Shown here piece after piece: positions 27,040 through 42,785 of a stretch of 64,000 nucleotides of DNA. Positions within the stretch are counted from its first letter, which is position 1; the number at the start of each line of letters is the position of its first letter. The position numbers and the translations under genes are program-made. Source of the stretch: Eledone cirrhosa (taxonomy: Eukaryota); NCBI GenBank assembly GCA_964016885.1, contig OZ024740.1, forward strand, positions 29,016,001 to 29,080,000, given 5' to 3'. Below the pieces are notes generated by a model, which was given only the letters and a program-made list of their open reading frames with translations, was not told the origin of the DNA and ran no database searches.

Positions 27040-27041
<2 letters not shown>
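26209..27041. repeat. Partial tandem repeat, 620-bp period (~1.3 units); diverged relative at 61015-61310
   Basis: aaataaattatcgagaatcggaatc at 26211 and 26831; cccggacccgctagaa..gatgttaaa..ctagct shared with ~61250-61290. Confidence 0.85.
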
Positions 27042-27071
<30 letters not shown>

Positions 27072-27074
27072 TAA

Positions 27075-27370
27075 AGTGTTTCCGTAGGAAGGGTAAAGGA
27101 AAGGAGAGTGCTCTATGTAAGCTACAGAGTTATTTTAGTTATGTAATAAACAACATAAGACAATTCTTCCATTTACTCAAGGTTTCACGAAGACGGACGA
27201 GCTCGACACAAACGGAAATCGCTCCTCAGAATGAAGTTTTATTTGACATCCACTTCAAATAAAATTTCATTCTGATGAGCTATTCCAGACGTCTGTGTCG
27301 AGCTCGTCTGTCTTCGTGAAACCTTTCGTAAATGGAATAATTGTCTGATGTTGTTTATTACATAACTAAA
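27075..27370. mobile_element. Fold-back family E element with two inverted hammerheads (27167-27235 minus; 27266-27336 plus)
   Basis: ttcatt-CTGATGA-..cagacg..cgtctg..-GAAA-cc ttt cg-TA-aatgga; mirror copy with CTGAGGA. Confidence 0.8.
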
Positions 27371-27509
27371 TATATATATACCCCCCCCCCCCCTCCGACA
27401 CACACACAAACACATATATATATGTATATATACATCCACCCACACTCAAAGGAAATAGGTTTTTCTTTTTTTCTTTTTAGTGCTTATTAGTATCCAATAT
27501 TATTCATGA

Positions 27510-27705
27510 GGGCAATGGATTGGCAGTATCGGTAGAGGGTCGGACACCATGCTTTGCAGCAAAGAGTTACGGCCCTTTATGGTCTGAGTTCAAATCCCGC
27601 CGAGGTTATCTTTGCCTTTCATCCTTACGGGGTCGATAAAATAAAGTACCAGTAATACACTGGGATACATGCTGGTCTTGTACCAAAAGTAGAAACAAAT
27701 ATTAT
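27510..27705 (+). mobile_element. tRNA-derived SINE (octopod-type)
   Basis: A-box-like tggcagtatcggtagag, B-box gagttcaaatccc, core gccgaggtta.ctttgcctttcatccttacggggtcgataaaataaagtaccagt. Confidence 0.85.
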
Positions 27706-27889
27706 TCATGACTTGGCTGATGTTTTTCCAAATTTGTTCAATACAAAGTCAACGTGTTTGAAAGTGTAACTCTTTGGTTTTATGGTTCTAACATTTAGAC
27801 TTTTTGTCTATTCGCTTCAATGGTAATTTCAGTTAAACTAAAGTTTTTCTAATCACTATATTTTATGTTAGACTCAACAGGAGTGTGAA

Positions 27890-27990
27890 AGTTAAAGCTA
27901 ATCTCGGCAAGATTTGAGCTCAGATTGTAGAGTGATGTAACCCGATGTTATAAATCCGACCCTCTACCGATTCTGCCAATCCACCGCCTT
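27890..27990 (-). mobile_element. tRNA-derived SINE 5' part
   Basis: Reverse complement aggcggtggattggcagaatcggtagaggg..ctgagctcaaatctt. Confidence 0.7.
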
Positions 27991-28204
27991 GTGAAGTACG
28001 AACATTGATAACATTATAGATATCAGTTCATATCTATTTGACATATTAATATTGTTTGCTTAAACTTTTAATCTGTGCTAATATTGGGTGTGTTGTAGAT
28101 TAACCTCAGGTCAACTCTGAGCAGCTCTGTGACCGAAGGCATTAGATTGTAACCGCTAATTAGGTCAAAAGTATCTAATGTGAGATTTTCTTTGTAAATC
28201 CTTG

Positions 28205-28915
28205 GAGTGGCATTTCAGAGAGGTTTTATATACCAGTTATATACTAGGGTCAATGCAATCAACTTACATCTTCCCCCGAATTGCTGGTCTTGTGTCAATG
28301 TCAGAAAAAATTATTGGACAAAATGCTTAGCGGCATATAGTTACGGCCCTTTAGTTCTGACTTCAAATCCTGTCGAGGTTACCTCTGTCTTTTATCCTTA
28401 CGGGTCAATAAAATAAAGTACCAGTAACACACTGGGGTCGATTTAATTGACTTTCCCCGCCTCCAAAATTGTTGGCCTTGTGCCTAATTTAGAAACCATT
28501 ATTGGCAGTATCAGTAGAGGGTCGGACGCCATGCTTTGCAGCATAGAGTTACGGCCCTTTATGATCTGAGTTCAAATTCCGCCGAGGTTAACTTTGCCTT
28601 TCATCCTTACGGGGTCGGTAAAATAAAGTACCAGTAATACACTGGAATAATTGCTGGCCTTGTACCAAAAGTAGAAACAATTATTAATATCAGGCGGTGG
28701 ATTGGCAGTATCTGTAGAGCGTCGAACAACATGCGTCGCGGCATAGAGTTACGGGCCTTTACGTTCTGAGTTCAAATCCCGCCGAGGTTAACTTTGTCTT
28801 TCATCCTTGCGGGGTCCATAAAATAAAGCACCAGTAACGTACTGGGGTCGATTTAATTGACTTTCCCCTCCCACCAAATTACTGGCCTTGTGCCTAAATA
28901 AGAAATCATTATTAT
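28205..28915 (+). mobile_element. Head-to-tail cluster of 3-4 tRNA SINE copies
   Basis: B-box (ga.ttcaaat) and core repeated at ~28360, ~28568 and ~28768. Confidence 0.85.
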
Positions 28916-29039
28916 TTATACCAATCGTATTTTTATCGCGTGTTTATTTCTGTATTAACGAGCACGGCTCTGTGTGTCTTGAGTAAGTGCAGTGTTGTGT
29001 TGGTATTGTTATTTCTATTGTATAGAAAATACTCTTTGT

Positions 29040-30915
29040 TATATGTGTGCAGTGCAAGGAAGTACAAGTTTCTGTATACTGTATATATTTGTAAGTCTTG
29101 AGGATTTTGTTATGTATTTGTCTGTGTTTTTATCATTCCCAGAAGACCTATTATTATAGGGATTGTTTATATTTTTATCATCCACATTCAGTTTATTTCT
29201 ATCTCTACATCTTTATATTTGGATAATTTCTCCATTTACTTATTTGATATATTGTCGTCTGTGGGGATAAATACATCTATTAATTTTTTTTCTTGTTGGT
29301 CTTTGGCTATTAAATATGATCGATTAGCTTTGATCACCCTGTCTGTGTGTATTGGCATATCCCAAAGTATGATTGCTTTGTCATTGTCTCGCACCTGTTC
29401 TGGTGTGTGCTTATAGATCTTTTCTTGTTGGTATTTTGTAGTGTTCTCATAACTTCCAGTGCATGTAAAACCCAAACCTATAATATGTGTGTACATATTC
29501 TTTTTTGGTTACGACTGGACATCCAAGGATAATGTGGCTAACATAACCACCTTCTTCCATATTCCAAAGTCACTCACTGTTCTGCTTCATTGTGTTTTTT
29601 TTTGTTTTTTTTGTTTTTTTAGTTTTCTGGTGAGGAACCTTTGATCTTGTGCTGCAATTAGAAATGTTTCAGTCTCGGATTTTAGTCCAGTTTTCTAAAA
29701 TTTGCTTATCTATTTCCAACCTTTTCAATTTTTTATCTTTTCCGGTTATTGGACATGGAGTGGTTTTTCTTGCAAATATTTTATCATAGCATTCAATTTT
29801 GATTTAAATCTTTTTCACATTTCTGTGCTATTTTTATTTTTCTCACAATTATCCGTCAATTCACCTTCTTTTTTGAATTTGTTGGCTTACTTGAAGACAC
29901 AAAACAATTTTTGTTTCATCCATATGTCATGTCAATTTGTATTAACTTCCCATTAATTTCATTAGATATTTTTGTAGTCGTACCGTGGTTATGTTATAAT
30001 ATTTTTCTAGTTGCCTAAGACCTCTTCCTCCCTCTCTTCCTGGGTGTGTATAATCTTCCTACATCTTATTTGGGGTGGTGTATTCTAATTGCAGTCATTA
30101 TTTTTCAGTGGATTGGCAGTATCGGTAGAGAGTCGGACACCATGCTTTGAAGCATAGAGTTACGTCCCTTTATGATCTGAGTTCAAATCCCGCCGAGGTT
30201 AACTTTGCCTTTCATCCTTACGGGGTCGATAAAATAAAGTACCAGTAATACACTGGGTAATTGCTGGCCTTGTGCCAAAAGTAGAAACAATTATTTTTCA
30301 TACAGTTCAGAAAGTTGAAACCATAACTAATTACTAGATATTGATATTTATTACCTATGCTTTGCATTTAATTCTCTCTTCATTAGTAATCTAATCCACC
30401 ATCTAATCTTTGCTTTTATCTGTGTGTATTGAAGTCGTCATTGATTGTTAAGAATTTGTCTGGGATTAATGTCTGGGATTAATCTAACTCTCTTATCTCA
30501 GTTTCTTTATCTAGCATGATAGAGTTTCTTTTCCTTCATAGTGGATTTGGCACGTTTTTCAAGTCAAAATTTCAAGTCCATTTTCTTTGTAAAACTATGT
30601 ACTGTCTGCAGCAGTGTTTCCAGTTGCCTCTCATCTGCAGCATACAGCTTTCGGTCGTCTATATACAGGGGAAGTTTGATTTCCCTACCATAGCATTTAT
30701 ATCCAAGTCCAACCCTGTTTAGTTTCTTTAATAATGATGTCAATTCTTGACAGAAAGGGAATTGTGGAAGGGTTTCCCCTTGAAATATACCTCTGTTAAT
30801 TGAGATGGGATGCGTTTTTATCTGTAGAACGATTAGCCATCTAATCATGGCACGTATAAAAATGTTTCTATTGTTGACATTACTTTCTTTATGGCTAGTG
30901 TGTTCAGTATCCACG
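29040..30915 (-). pseudogene. Degenerate R4/Dong-like non-LTR element, interrupted by a SINE
   Basis: RGIFQGETL..LYIDDRKLYA..MDLKF (30564-30914); ILWDMPIHTDRVIKANR..LIDV..P (29236-29496). Confidence 0.75.
30107..30295 (+). mobile_element. tRNA-derived SINE nested in the LINE remnant
   Basis: gtggattggcagtatcggtagag..gagttcaaatcccgccgagg..gtagaaacaatt. Confidence 0.85.
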
Positions 30916-31359
30916 TTTCAGGAACACTGCATTCTGGGAATCAATCCAGGCAAGGCTGAAGTTTGATTTTCCTTTTCTACAGTTTTTGTTATGGATTTGT
31001 TGATTAGTATTTGATCTGTATACTTATACTATTGTAGCACCATTTCTGGTCTTCGGGAAACAAGTGGTTTTTCTTTCTAATTACTTGGACATTTTCAGTA
31101 ATATTATTGCAACAACAACAACAATGATAATAACAATGGTTTCTGATTTTAGGCAATGTCCTCTTCGTGGGCGACCCTAAACTCTCCAAGAAGAGCGAGA
31201 CGGAGTTAGATGTACTTGCTAATACTCTTAGTATTTTCAGCAACAATATTTGCATAGTATTTGGTATTTATAAGTGCGGAGTCTTAATGATTAGGAGGGG
31301 CAACTAGAGAAGAGCAGCAAAGGAATCGGGATAACAACAGATGAGATGATAAAGGACAT

Positions 31360-32560
31360 CGACACCGAAGAATGAAATAGGTATTTGGGTGTTCTGGAGA
31401 CATCAAGGACAATAAAATAAAGGAGATGATAAGATCTAAATATATAAGGAGAGTAAAGAAATTACTAAAATCAAATCTAAATTGTATGAATACCATAAGT
31501 GCAGTAAATTCTCGAGCTGTGACTATTATTAGGTAGAATGCGAGAATACTTAAATGGAATGTAAACGAGCAAAAGGAACTGGATAGAAAGACAAGGAAAT
31601 TAATAACTACCTACAGTATGTGTCATAAGAAGGGTGATGTTGATAGACTGTATTTAAAGAGAGCTGAATGTGGGAGAAGTATTATCAACGTGGATGACTG
31701 TGTTTAGATGGAGAAGAGGTGAGAATAAGGAGCCACTGCTTAAGACTTCATTGAAGAAGGAGATTAGAGATCATGGGATGTCACAGAAAGAAGTAACGAC
31801 AAGGTGGAAGAACAACCTGAATGAAAAAGCTCTTCACAGTGTCTTCTTGGAGAAAACAGAATTAAGATATCTGCAAGCGTGGGACTGGTTAAAGAAAGGG
31901 CCCCTTAAGAAGCTACTGGCTACACGGGAGCAAGCTCTTAGAACGAAATGGATGAAACATCATATTCACAAGGTGGAAGCTAGTCTGCACTGTAGGATCT
32001 GTTGAGAGAGTGAAAGGAAACTGTGGCTCACATCGTATCCTACTGTAAACACCTTGCCCAGGCTCATAATATAGGATGGAGGCATGATATCATAGGACAA
32101 ATGATCCACTGGCATTTGTGTAAACTGAATTATTTACCCACCTCTGAGAAGTGGTTTGAGCATAAGCCCGAGTCGGTGATAGAAAATGATCGAGTGAAGG
32201 TGTTATGGGATTTCAGGATACAAACAGATAAAGAATTAGAATACAATACATCTGACTTGGTGGATTTTGACAAGAAAAAAGATCGTCCTTGATTATTTAT
32301 ATACCTTCCCTTTATGACACAAGAGCGCAAGAAAAGGAAAGATGGAAAATTAACCGTTGCCATGATCTAAAGTGGGAATTGAAAAGGATTTGGGATTGTC
32401 ATTGGATCAAGGTCGACCCCACCGCCATAGGAGTACTTTGTACAATCTCGAAGACCTTTCAAAGTTGGCTAAAGAACATTAGCCGAGCCATTGTTTTGGA
32501 ACACTTCAGCAAATACCCTTCCTACATTCTGAAAATCTGAAGCTTCGGATAGCGGCTAGA
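31360..32560 (+). pseudogene. Degenerate R4/Dong-like non-LTR element 3' part
   Basis: REQALRTK..CRIC..HIVSYC, WRHD..HWHLC..WFEHKP..VLWDFRIQTD; several stops and frameshifts. Confidence 0.8.
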
Positions 32561-32869
32561 TCTTCATTTATTCAATTTTTCCAGTTAAATGGCATCAATG
32601 GCTGATATATCAAATTCAAAATAATAAAAGAAATCGTTATTCTACCACATTAAGTGACCACGTAGAATCTCCCTATTGTGTACGTCTAATTACGAGTTAT
32701 GTATGTATGATGCATGTGTGTGTACGATAAATAAAAGTGTACTTTTCTTATATAGATATATATAGATATCTGTGTGTGTGTGTGTGTGTGTGTGTGATCA
32801 CACATACATATATACATTTTTATCAATGGCTTAACTGTTTCACCGATAACTGACGAGGGCAGATACCTG

Positions 32870-34200
32870 GAAATAGATAGGAATATAGAGGAATATATCC
32901 TATGATGGTATCTGTAACAAGAAAGGCGTAACCAGGGAATATTACACCCGATTAAGAAAAATATGGTCATCGGAACTCTCTGCGCACAATAAAACTAACT
33001 GACAACGTTTTCTGTGGCTGTTCTAACAGCAACTTTTGGTATACTAGACTGACAGATAGACGAAATCCGAGCAGTTGATGTTAAACCTGAAAAATCCTAA
33101 ACAACACCGGAAACTTCCACATCAACAATGGCATAGACCGCCTTTACTTGAAACGTAAGCAGTGAGGAAGAGGCCTAACATCAGTCCAAACAGCATTTTA
33201 GTGTCGCATCATACCCCTCCGATAACATTAACAAACCTCGAAGCGTAGGAGACCATCTGTTGGGCAAGTCTGTCTGCATGAGAGAGATAAGATCATGAGA
33301 GTTGGGAAGGAAATCCTTGAAAAATATTCCCTGTGTGATAATCAAAAACTCACACCCAGGGAAGTCGCTCAGCAGTACCACAATGAATCCATAGATGAAA
33401 AACTGCATGCTTATCAGCAAAAAATCATGCATGGTTATGTTGCCAGGGAGTCCAGAGTGAGAGTAATATAGATAAGCAAAGTAGTTTATCTTGGACCAAC
33501 AACCGCTATATTGACTCCCACTTTGAAGGATATACTTTTGTAATCCAAGAAAAGAAAATCAATATAAAATACCTGATTCACGAAAGAGATAGGGATGCTG
33601 GCAAAACACCTAGATGTGACAAGAAATGCAGACTCTGCAGAATTAACATCGAAGCTGTCACCCATGTCATAAGCAGCTGTCCAAAGATGTCATCGCGGTA
33701 CTATCTACCTATGAGGCATGATGTAGCGGCCAAAACACTGTACAATGCAATCCGTAGAAAAGATAGCCCCGATAATAAACACATTAAAAGTTACAGCAAT
33801 GTGGAAGACATACACACACATAATACGAAATTGAAATGGTGGAATGTTCCCGTAAAAACCCCAATAAAATGCAGGCATAATAGACCAGATATAATGATAT
33901 GGAACAGGGAAAAAAGGCATGCACAGTAGTGGAAGTCAGCTGCCCAGCAGATGCCAATATAATATCAAAGGTTAGCTAAAAAGGAGAATATTTATGCAGA
34001 ACTAATGAGAAATCTGCAGATACTCCACCTTAAGTATACCTTCAGATTTATACCTTGATTATTGGGGCACTGGGATATGAACAAATCTTGAGAAGCTGGG
34101 CTTCACAGAAACAGAAAGAACACGGCTAGTTAGGAAATTACAAGTACAATCCATTAATGGAACAGTAAAATATGTAAAACCTTCCAAAGATTCTGCATGT
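32870..34200 (+). pseudogene. Degenerate R4/Dong-like non-LTR element 3' part (different subfamily)
   Basis: CRLC..HVISSC, YYLPMRHD, WWNVP..HNRPDIMIW, VEVSCP. Confidence 0.75.
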
Positions 34201-34865
34201 AATAACTCCATATACATATATACAGATACAAGACATATGCCTAAGCACACATATAACTCAAAACACACATCCACACATACAATAACAAGACATGTATACA
34301 TATATACCTAATTGATGTTGTTTAAATTCCGATGAAAGAGTTTGTGATTATGTTAGAAACCGACTCTCTCTCACTATTGATAAACATTTATAAAATTATA
34401 AAACCAGAAGAACATACATATATTATATTGCATTTATTGAAAGCTGAGTGGTACGGTTCCGATTTTCGGCCGACAGAAACAGAATGCGAATAGCAAAAGA
34501 ATGGAAGAGAAGAAATCGGGTGATACGGAAAGAGAGAGGAGGAAAGAGAAGGAGAGAGACTAAATGAAGGGAGTACAGGGATAACAATAGAAAAAAAAAG
34601 GAAAAGAGAAAGGAAGTGAGGCAGTGTATATATATATATAGATATGATTCCAGTTCCTCTGAGAACTAACAACACACCCAGGAGATGGACATATCTTTGA
34701 ATTGACAGAGTGGAACACATTACAACACCATGTTTACCTGTTTTTTCTACATTAATTCGTACTGCTTGATGGGGTCACAGCCAATAATGGCTGTCACTGA
34801 AATATATATAGCAGAGAATTATAATAAACGAAGCCAACTTTAACATATTTGACTTACTTATTTTA

Positions 34866-35257
<392 letters not shown>

Positions 35258-35319
35258 GTAAGTCAAACATGTTATATATATACTTAGTTATGCAGAGTAA
35301 CAACTAGTAATGAGACATA

Positions 35320-35620
35320 CAGATATATTGGTGCAGCATCTACAAGCTTTAAGGAATGATGGTACATCCATCGCCACTCCTTTAAAAGAGTTGATAAAAT
35401 GTCTAGCACAGCTCTGTCGGAACTGATTTGGACGCTAAAAAATAACAAGTACAAAGCTCCCTTTCTGGGTCAAAATTTCATGTGCTTTGCATTATATAAA
35501 TGAATCTATATCTTCTGGGTGTGACCTCTCTACTACAGAGACTTTGCACATCATGAATAGTAGACACAAAATTATTAATAAACGTGCTGACATATTTAAT
35601 ACTTTTTACATAAAATATAT
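35320..35620 (+). pseudogene. Degenerate PLE GIY-YIG C-terminal fragment
   Basis: tctagcacagctctgtcggaactgatttggacgcta = SSTALSELIWTL, same motif class as 2383-2676. Confidence 0.45.
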
Positions 35621-36139
35621 GACATTCCGCAGAGTATATAGTTAAAACTTCCGTATTTAATATAAAATAGACCATCAAATAATTAATAAACCACATAAAT
35701 ATATAGATACATTGTAACATCACCATTAAAGTATTAATACCTAACATTGAAATCCAAATAAGTAAAATCTAGTCTCGAAATATAAGAAAATTAAATAAGC
35801 AGTATTTCCAAGCCATTCTAATAATCAATCGACAATTCTAGTAACCTGATACCCAAGCCAGCTTCCAATCACCAATGCCAGCATCAATACTGTCTCCCAC
35901 CCATAATAGAACTGCTACAAGAGGAATCTAGCCATATGATTACTGGACGGCAAGGTTAATGACACGTCGGACTAGTAGCATATCAATGGAAAATTATATC
36001 TCGTTGGAAGAGAACGTGTTAGGGGGTTATTATATAACTACATTACATCTTCGAAATATATATAACGAACTAGATAATAAAATGAAGATGTACGAATAAA
36101 ACCGTGTTTCTTGTTTATTATTATTATTATTATTATTAT

Positions 36140-38314
36140 TTGCATTTATCTTGCTTTATGTTTATACGAGTTATCACCAAGTCACAACCAGTGACCTCAA
36201 GAGACAACAAGATCCGCCATGTTCAAGAAAGAACACACATATTCACACATGCATCCTTAGTGTTTAGACTTGTGATGTACTTATATTGACAGGATCTTCC
36301 TTAGTATATGGGCAGTTCCCATTAGTACTATCTTTTGTATTTCTCCTATACGCGGGTTTCCTGGGATTTGCGATAAGTAGTCGTTAGACCCCTTAGGTAT
36401 CATTCCCAGAGCGCCTACAACCACTGGTATTGTTTTAGTTCTCAATTTCCACATTTTTCCAATTTCTATCTCCAGGTCCTTATACTTGCTCAATTTTTCA
36501 AATGTTTTTATAGATACATTCTTGTCTATTGGAACAGACATATCAATTAGCAGGCATACCCTCCTTTGAAAGTCCTTCAATATTATATCAGGTCTATTTG
36601 CATCTATTTTTCGGTCTGTTTGGATGCTAAAGTTCCACAAGATTGAGATGTGATCTTTTTCAAGTATGGGAGGTGGTTGATGCTCCCACCAATTCTTTTG
36701 ATGGGGCAGGTCAAAATGCTTACACATTATCCAATGTATGTATTGTGCAGCTCTGTCATGCCTGTTTAGGTATTCGGTTGGAGCTATAGGACTGCACATT
36801 GAAATTATATGGTCAATGGTCTCTGGTTGTTTTTTGCATACACGGCATAATGGGCTCCACCCATTTTTTATTATGTTGGCTTGGTAATTTTTTGTTGGCA
36901 GACACTGATCTTGTGCGGATATAATCAGTCCTTCAGTCTCCGATTTCAGTCCAGAGGATGCCAACCACTGATGGGTTAAAGTTTTGTCAACATCAGGATT
37001 GTTAGCTCGCTCTGGGTATTTTCCATACAGAGGCTTTTCTTGCCATTTCTTAGCCAGTTTCTGTAGCAGTTCTTTCTTTGCAGTTACTTTTACCTGCTTT
37101 GCTTTTTCTGTGTTTTCCATTTCAGCAGTAAATGGGACTTCTGAAATTTGTAGTCCATTACTGTATCTTTGTGCATCTTTTGTAATGGAATATGATCTTT
37201 TGGTGCTTTCGTGTTTCAAAACGAGTTTGATCATCCAATCATGTGATTCCCTTAGATATGTGGATAATCCAATTGTTGCAGTTTTCAACGCAATGTCTAA
37301 CTGGATTAACCCACGTCCTCCTTCTTTCCTAGGGAGATATATTCTATCTATGTCTGCCTTAGGGTGATGCATTCTGTGCATGGTTAAGAATTTTCGGATT
37401 TTTGTATCGAGCCTACGGATCTCTGTGCTTGACCAGTTGATGACATTGTAACTGTAGGTTACTACTGGTATGGCAAGCGTGTTTATGGCATCGATCCTAT
37501 TCCTTGCATTCAATTCCGTTCTTAAGATTGCTCTGACTCTGCGGTAACATTCCTTCCTTATCCTTTCCCTCATTGTCGAGTGCTTGATTCCGTCTCCTTC
37601 ACAAACACCTAGATATTTGTAAGTTTGTTCTTGATCAAGCTCTCTTATCACGTTCCCCCGATCAAGATTAATGTCTGAACTCTTCAGCAGCTTTCCTCTG
37701 GTGAACGTTGCTTTGGCGCATTTATCCAGTCCAAACTCCATTTTAATGTCATCACTGAACTGCTTCACAGTGGATAATAGCCCTTGCAATTGTTCATCAT
37801 TTTTTGCAAATAGTTTCAGGTCATCCATGTAGAACAGGTGATTAATGGTTTTGTCATAGACTCTATATCCATGTTTTGTTTCATTGAGCATTTTACTTAA
37901 TGGTATAAGTGCGATGCAGAATAAAAGCGGTGATAAAGAGTCACCCTGAAAAATTCCACAATTAATGTTAACTTCTCCAGCTTCCAGTGATTTTGTTTCA
38001 CTATTCAAAAGGAGTGTCGTTCTCCATGTCCTCATACCGAATGACAAAAACCTCCTGATAACGGGGGATATTTTGAAAATCTCTAAACATTTTTCAATCC
38101 AACTGTGTGGCAAACTATCAAATGCTTTTTTATAATCTATCCAAGCAATCGATAGATTTTTGTGTCTATTATGACAATCTTCCAGTATCATTTTGTTAAC
38201 CAGAAGCTGATCCTTACTGCCATATGAGCCTCGTTTACACCCTTTCTGCTCAATGGGAAATAGGTCATTTGTTATCAGGTGGTCATATGTGTATTCAGTT
38301 AGGACTGATGTTAA
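36140..38314 (-). mobile_element. R4/Dong-clade non-LTR retrotransposon, 5' truncated, uninterrupted ORF (RT + CCHC + RLE) flanked by (TAA)n
   Basis: ORF 36281-38191, open upstream to ~38314: WIDYKKAFDS, GIFQGDSLSPLLF, YMDDLKL, YKYLG, EGGRGL, CRVC..ETIDHIISMC, RHD, RPD..D..EKLSKY; (TAA)n at 36115-36140 and 38315-38375. Confidence 0.92.
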
Positions 38315-38315
38315 A

Positions 38316-38384
<69 letters not shown>

Positions 38385-38659
38385 TAAGCAAGTATTACAC
38401 CAAGAGAAATATAAATGAGATCAAGAATTTATTTGCTTTGACATATGTTTCTGTGTCTATTATAATTGTCTACGTATGCTGATTACCATATATTTTGTTC
38501 AATCACATGCAATACTTAATTATTTATCAGACTTCATCAGAGTCAAACTCTCTGGTAAGCAGTTTTCTTGTTTATGCATCATTACTGATATACATAAACG
38601 AAAGCTTATCTACCTGCACCAAACACACGCACTTATATATATATGTATATATATATGTA

Positions 38660-38724
<65 letters not shown>

Positions 38725-38816
38725 GAGGAGTATGTGAGGGAGAAACTTAGAAGTAGAGAGAGACTGATGCATTAGGTGACTGACAGCTGAATACAGAGGT
38801 TGGGAGACAGATACTT

Positions 38817-39240
<424 letters not shown>

Positions 39241-39397
39241 AGTATGGAGAGACACAAGTGAGTATATTTAGATGCAGCAACCGTTAGCAGTAGTTTCAAT
39301 ATATATCAGCTGCACATTGCATGTTGGTTTAGTGCAGTTACAGCATACACCTATAAGGTACATATGTGACAGACGACATATGTATATATATATATAT

Positions 39398-39701
<304 letters not shown>

Positions 39702-39741
39702 GTATGTATGTATATATATATATATATATATATACATATAT

Positions 39742-40098
39742 AAAGAAAAAAAGATGAAATCGAAAATGCAACTGGAGTCTTATTTGAAAAAATATATATA
39801 TTTATTTGGTTCCTTTACCGGTTTCGCAGTTCTTCTGCTTTTCTAAAGTAGAGTTGAGATAGAGGGTGTGTGGTTTTTCTCACATCAGATGTGAGAAAAA
39901 CCACAGACCCTCCATCTCAACTCTACTTTTGAAAAGCAGAAGAACTTCGAAACCAGTAAAGGAACCAAATAAATATATATATATTTTTTTAAATAAGACT
40001 CCAGTTGCATTTTCGATTTCATCTTTTTTTCTTTATACTTTCACTCGTGTAGGACACCTCGGTTATTTTTGAATTTGTAAAAAATACCTCACTTTCTA

Positions 40099-40100
<2 letters not shown>
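39742..40100. mobile_element. Fold-back family K element
   Basis: Arms meet at ~39888 (ctcacatc a gatgtgag); contains a GAAA-ccgg/ccag-TA hammerhead-like 3' half. Confidence 0.8.
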
Positions 40101-40190
<90 letters not shown>

Positions 40191-40339
40191 TGTAATAAAC
40201 AAATATAAGATAATTATTTCATTTACCAGTGGTTTCTTGAAAGCAAACAAAATGAAATTATTATGTTATGTTTGTTGTTTATTACATAATTAATAAGCTC
40301 TGTAACCTACATTGAGCAGTCTTTTTTCCTGGACCTTTC

Positions 40340-40998
<659 letters not shown>

Positions 40999-41109
40999 CA
41001 TACCCTACTATCTCAAGTATCGAGTACTCTTTTGAGTAATGACCTAACCAGTTTCAAATATATATATATATCGAATGTAGCGTATATATATATCGAAAGT
41101 AGCGCTGTC

Positions 41110-41905
41110 TATGAATTCATAGACAACGCTACTTTCATCCATCGTACCAATAAGGAAACGTACTTCATTAACAAATTCCAACCTCTACTTAATGCACTAA
41201 ACTTCGGACTAAACTAAAACTGGAACGAACAATGAACCAAATCCAAATACCTATTTCTCTCTAAAGATGTACCTCCCTCACACCCTACCTAATCCTTTTT
41301 CTTAGATAAATTAAATACCATCCATCATTTCTCTCCCACCTACCTGACCACCCTGAATTACCTCCCCCTACATATCAAATCTCTAAAAAGGAAAATCATA
41401 TCAAGCATAAGACTACCATTTGCCTCCATCATGGATCAACTAAGCACCCTTGCTATATTAACACATTTTGATCTGCTCCTCTTCAAGAACTATGCTTGTA
41501 AATAATATTATTTTTTCTTTCACATTGCCTTATTATGTTCCACATTACGCCCCTTTTTTCTTTTTTCTTTTCACTTCATAAACCTTGTTTGTAAATAACA
41601 TTATTATTTCTTCATAATTTCCTTAACATGTCCAACACCACCATTTTATACCAATACATATTATTATTATCATTTGATAATGCTGAAACTGGTAATAGAC
41701 AATTATTAAATATATAAATAAATAAATAAATGCCATTGTTAATTAATAAATAAATTAACTAAAACCTTAACACTTCACACAAAGTAAAATATTTCGTTTT
41801 AATCATTTTCTAACCCAGAAAAAAGAGAAAAAAATAAAAAAATAAAAAAATAAAAAGGAAAAAAAGATATTTTTCTTCCTAACAATCGTCTTTTTCTCCG
41901 TTACC
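41110..41905 (+). mobile_element. Penelope-like element 3' end
   Basis: FIHRTNKETYFINKFQPLLN resembles the end of the 7008-9293 ORF (RINKENLFLNKFKPKLN); colinear with 61740-62495. Confidence 0.75.
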
Positions 41906-42151
41906 ATGTATATATATATATATATATATATACAATTAAGTTAAAGTGTACATCTACATATGTATACGGAAGTATTAGTATGCATATAAATACACACATG
42001 TATACATATGTACATGTACTGAGTTTTTCACTAGACACTTTACAGTGAGTGTCAGCTAGTCTGTACGTAACCACACAGACGGACCGGGTTTTAGAGTCAT
42101 ACGAGTTTTCGAGGAAACACATTTCCTCTATTCTCCAGAGGGCCAGACAGG

Positions 42152-42196
42152 AATATTGGACTAGTTTCGATGTTATTACATCTCATCAGCAATATT
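42152..42196 (-). ncRNA. Minimal type I hammerhead ribozyme (family D)
   Basis: Reverse complement aatattg-CTGATGA-gatgtaataacatc-GAAA-ctag-TC-caatatt. Confidence 0.9.
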
Positions 42197-42740
42197 TACC
42201 CATCTTCCGGCTTCTCTGGAGAATTGTAAAAGCACATATCGTTATATGCTTTTTCCATGAAAATTAGTAGTGGGTAGACTAATTTGCATACTAGTCCAAT
42301 ATTCCTGTCCAATATTCCTGTCTGGCCCTCTGGAGAATAGAGGAAATGTGTTTCCTTGAAAACTCGTATGACTATAAAACCCGGTCCGTCTGTGTGGTTA
42401 CGTACAGACTAGCTGACACTCACTGTAAAGTGTCTAGTGAAAAACTCAGTACATGTACATATGTATACATGTGTGTATTTATATGCATACTAATACTTCC
42501 GTATACATATGTAGATGTACACTTTAACTTAATTGTTTAAGCGTCAGTCATACAAAAGTGAGTTAGAAGCGAAACGAAATTTAATTTCGTTTCGTTATTT
42601 GTTTTTATCGTTTCCGCTGAACCGGTGCGTACAATGACTCACGTTCTATGCAAATTAGTCTACCCACTACTAATTTTCATGGAAAAAGCATATAACGATA
42701 TGTGCTTTTACAATTCTCCAGAGAAGTCGGAAGATGGGTA

Positions 42741-42785
42741 AATATTGCTGATGAGATGTAATAACATCGAAACTAGTCCAATATT
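42741..42785 (+). ncRNA. Minimal type I hammerhead ribozyme (family D), predicted cleavage after 42778
   Basis: Stem I aatattg/caatatt (7 bp), core CTGATGA, stem II gatgt/acatc, GAAA, palindromic stem III ACTAGT, GUC triplet. Confidence 0.92.

Noticed and set aside
27510-30295. tRNA genes suggested by A/B boxes
   Set aside because: No cloverleaf; boxes lead into the shared SINE core and tail
32835-32910. CTGACGA-ggg..cct-gGAAA motif upstream of a LINE remnant
   Set aside because: Could not close stems I and III convincingly; single copy
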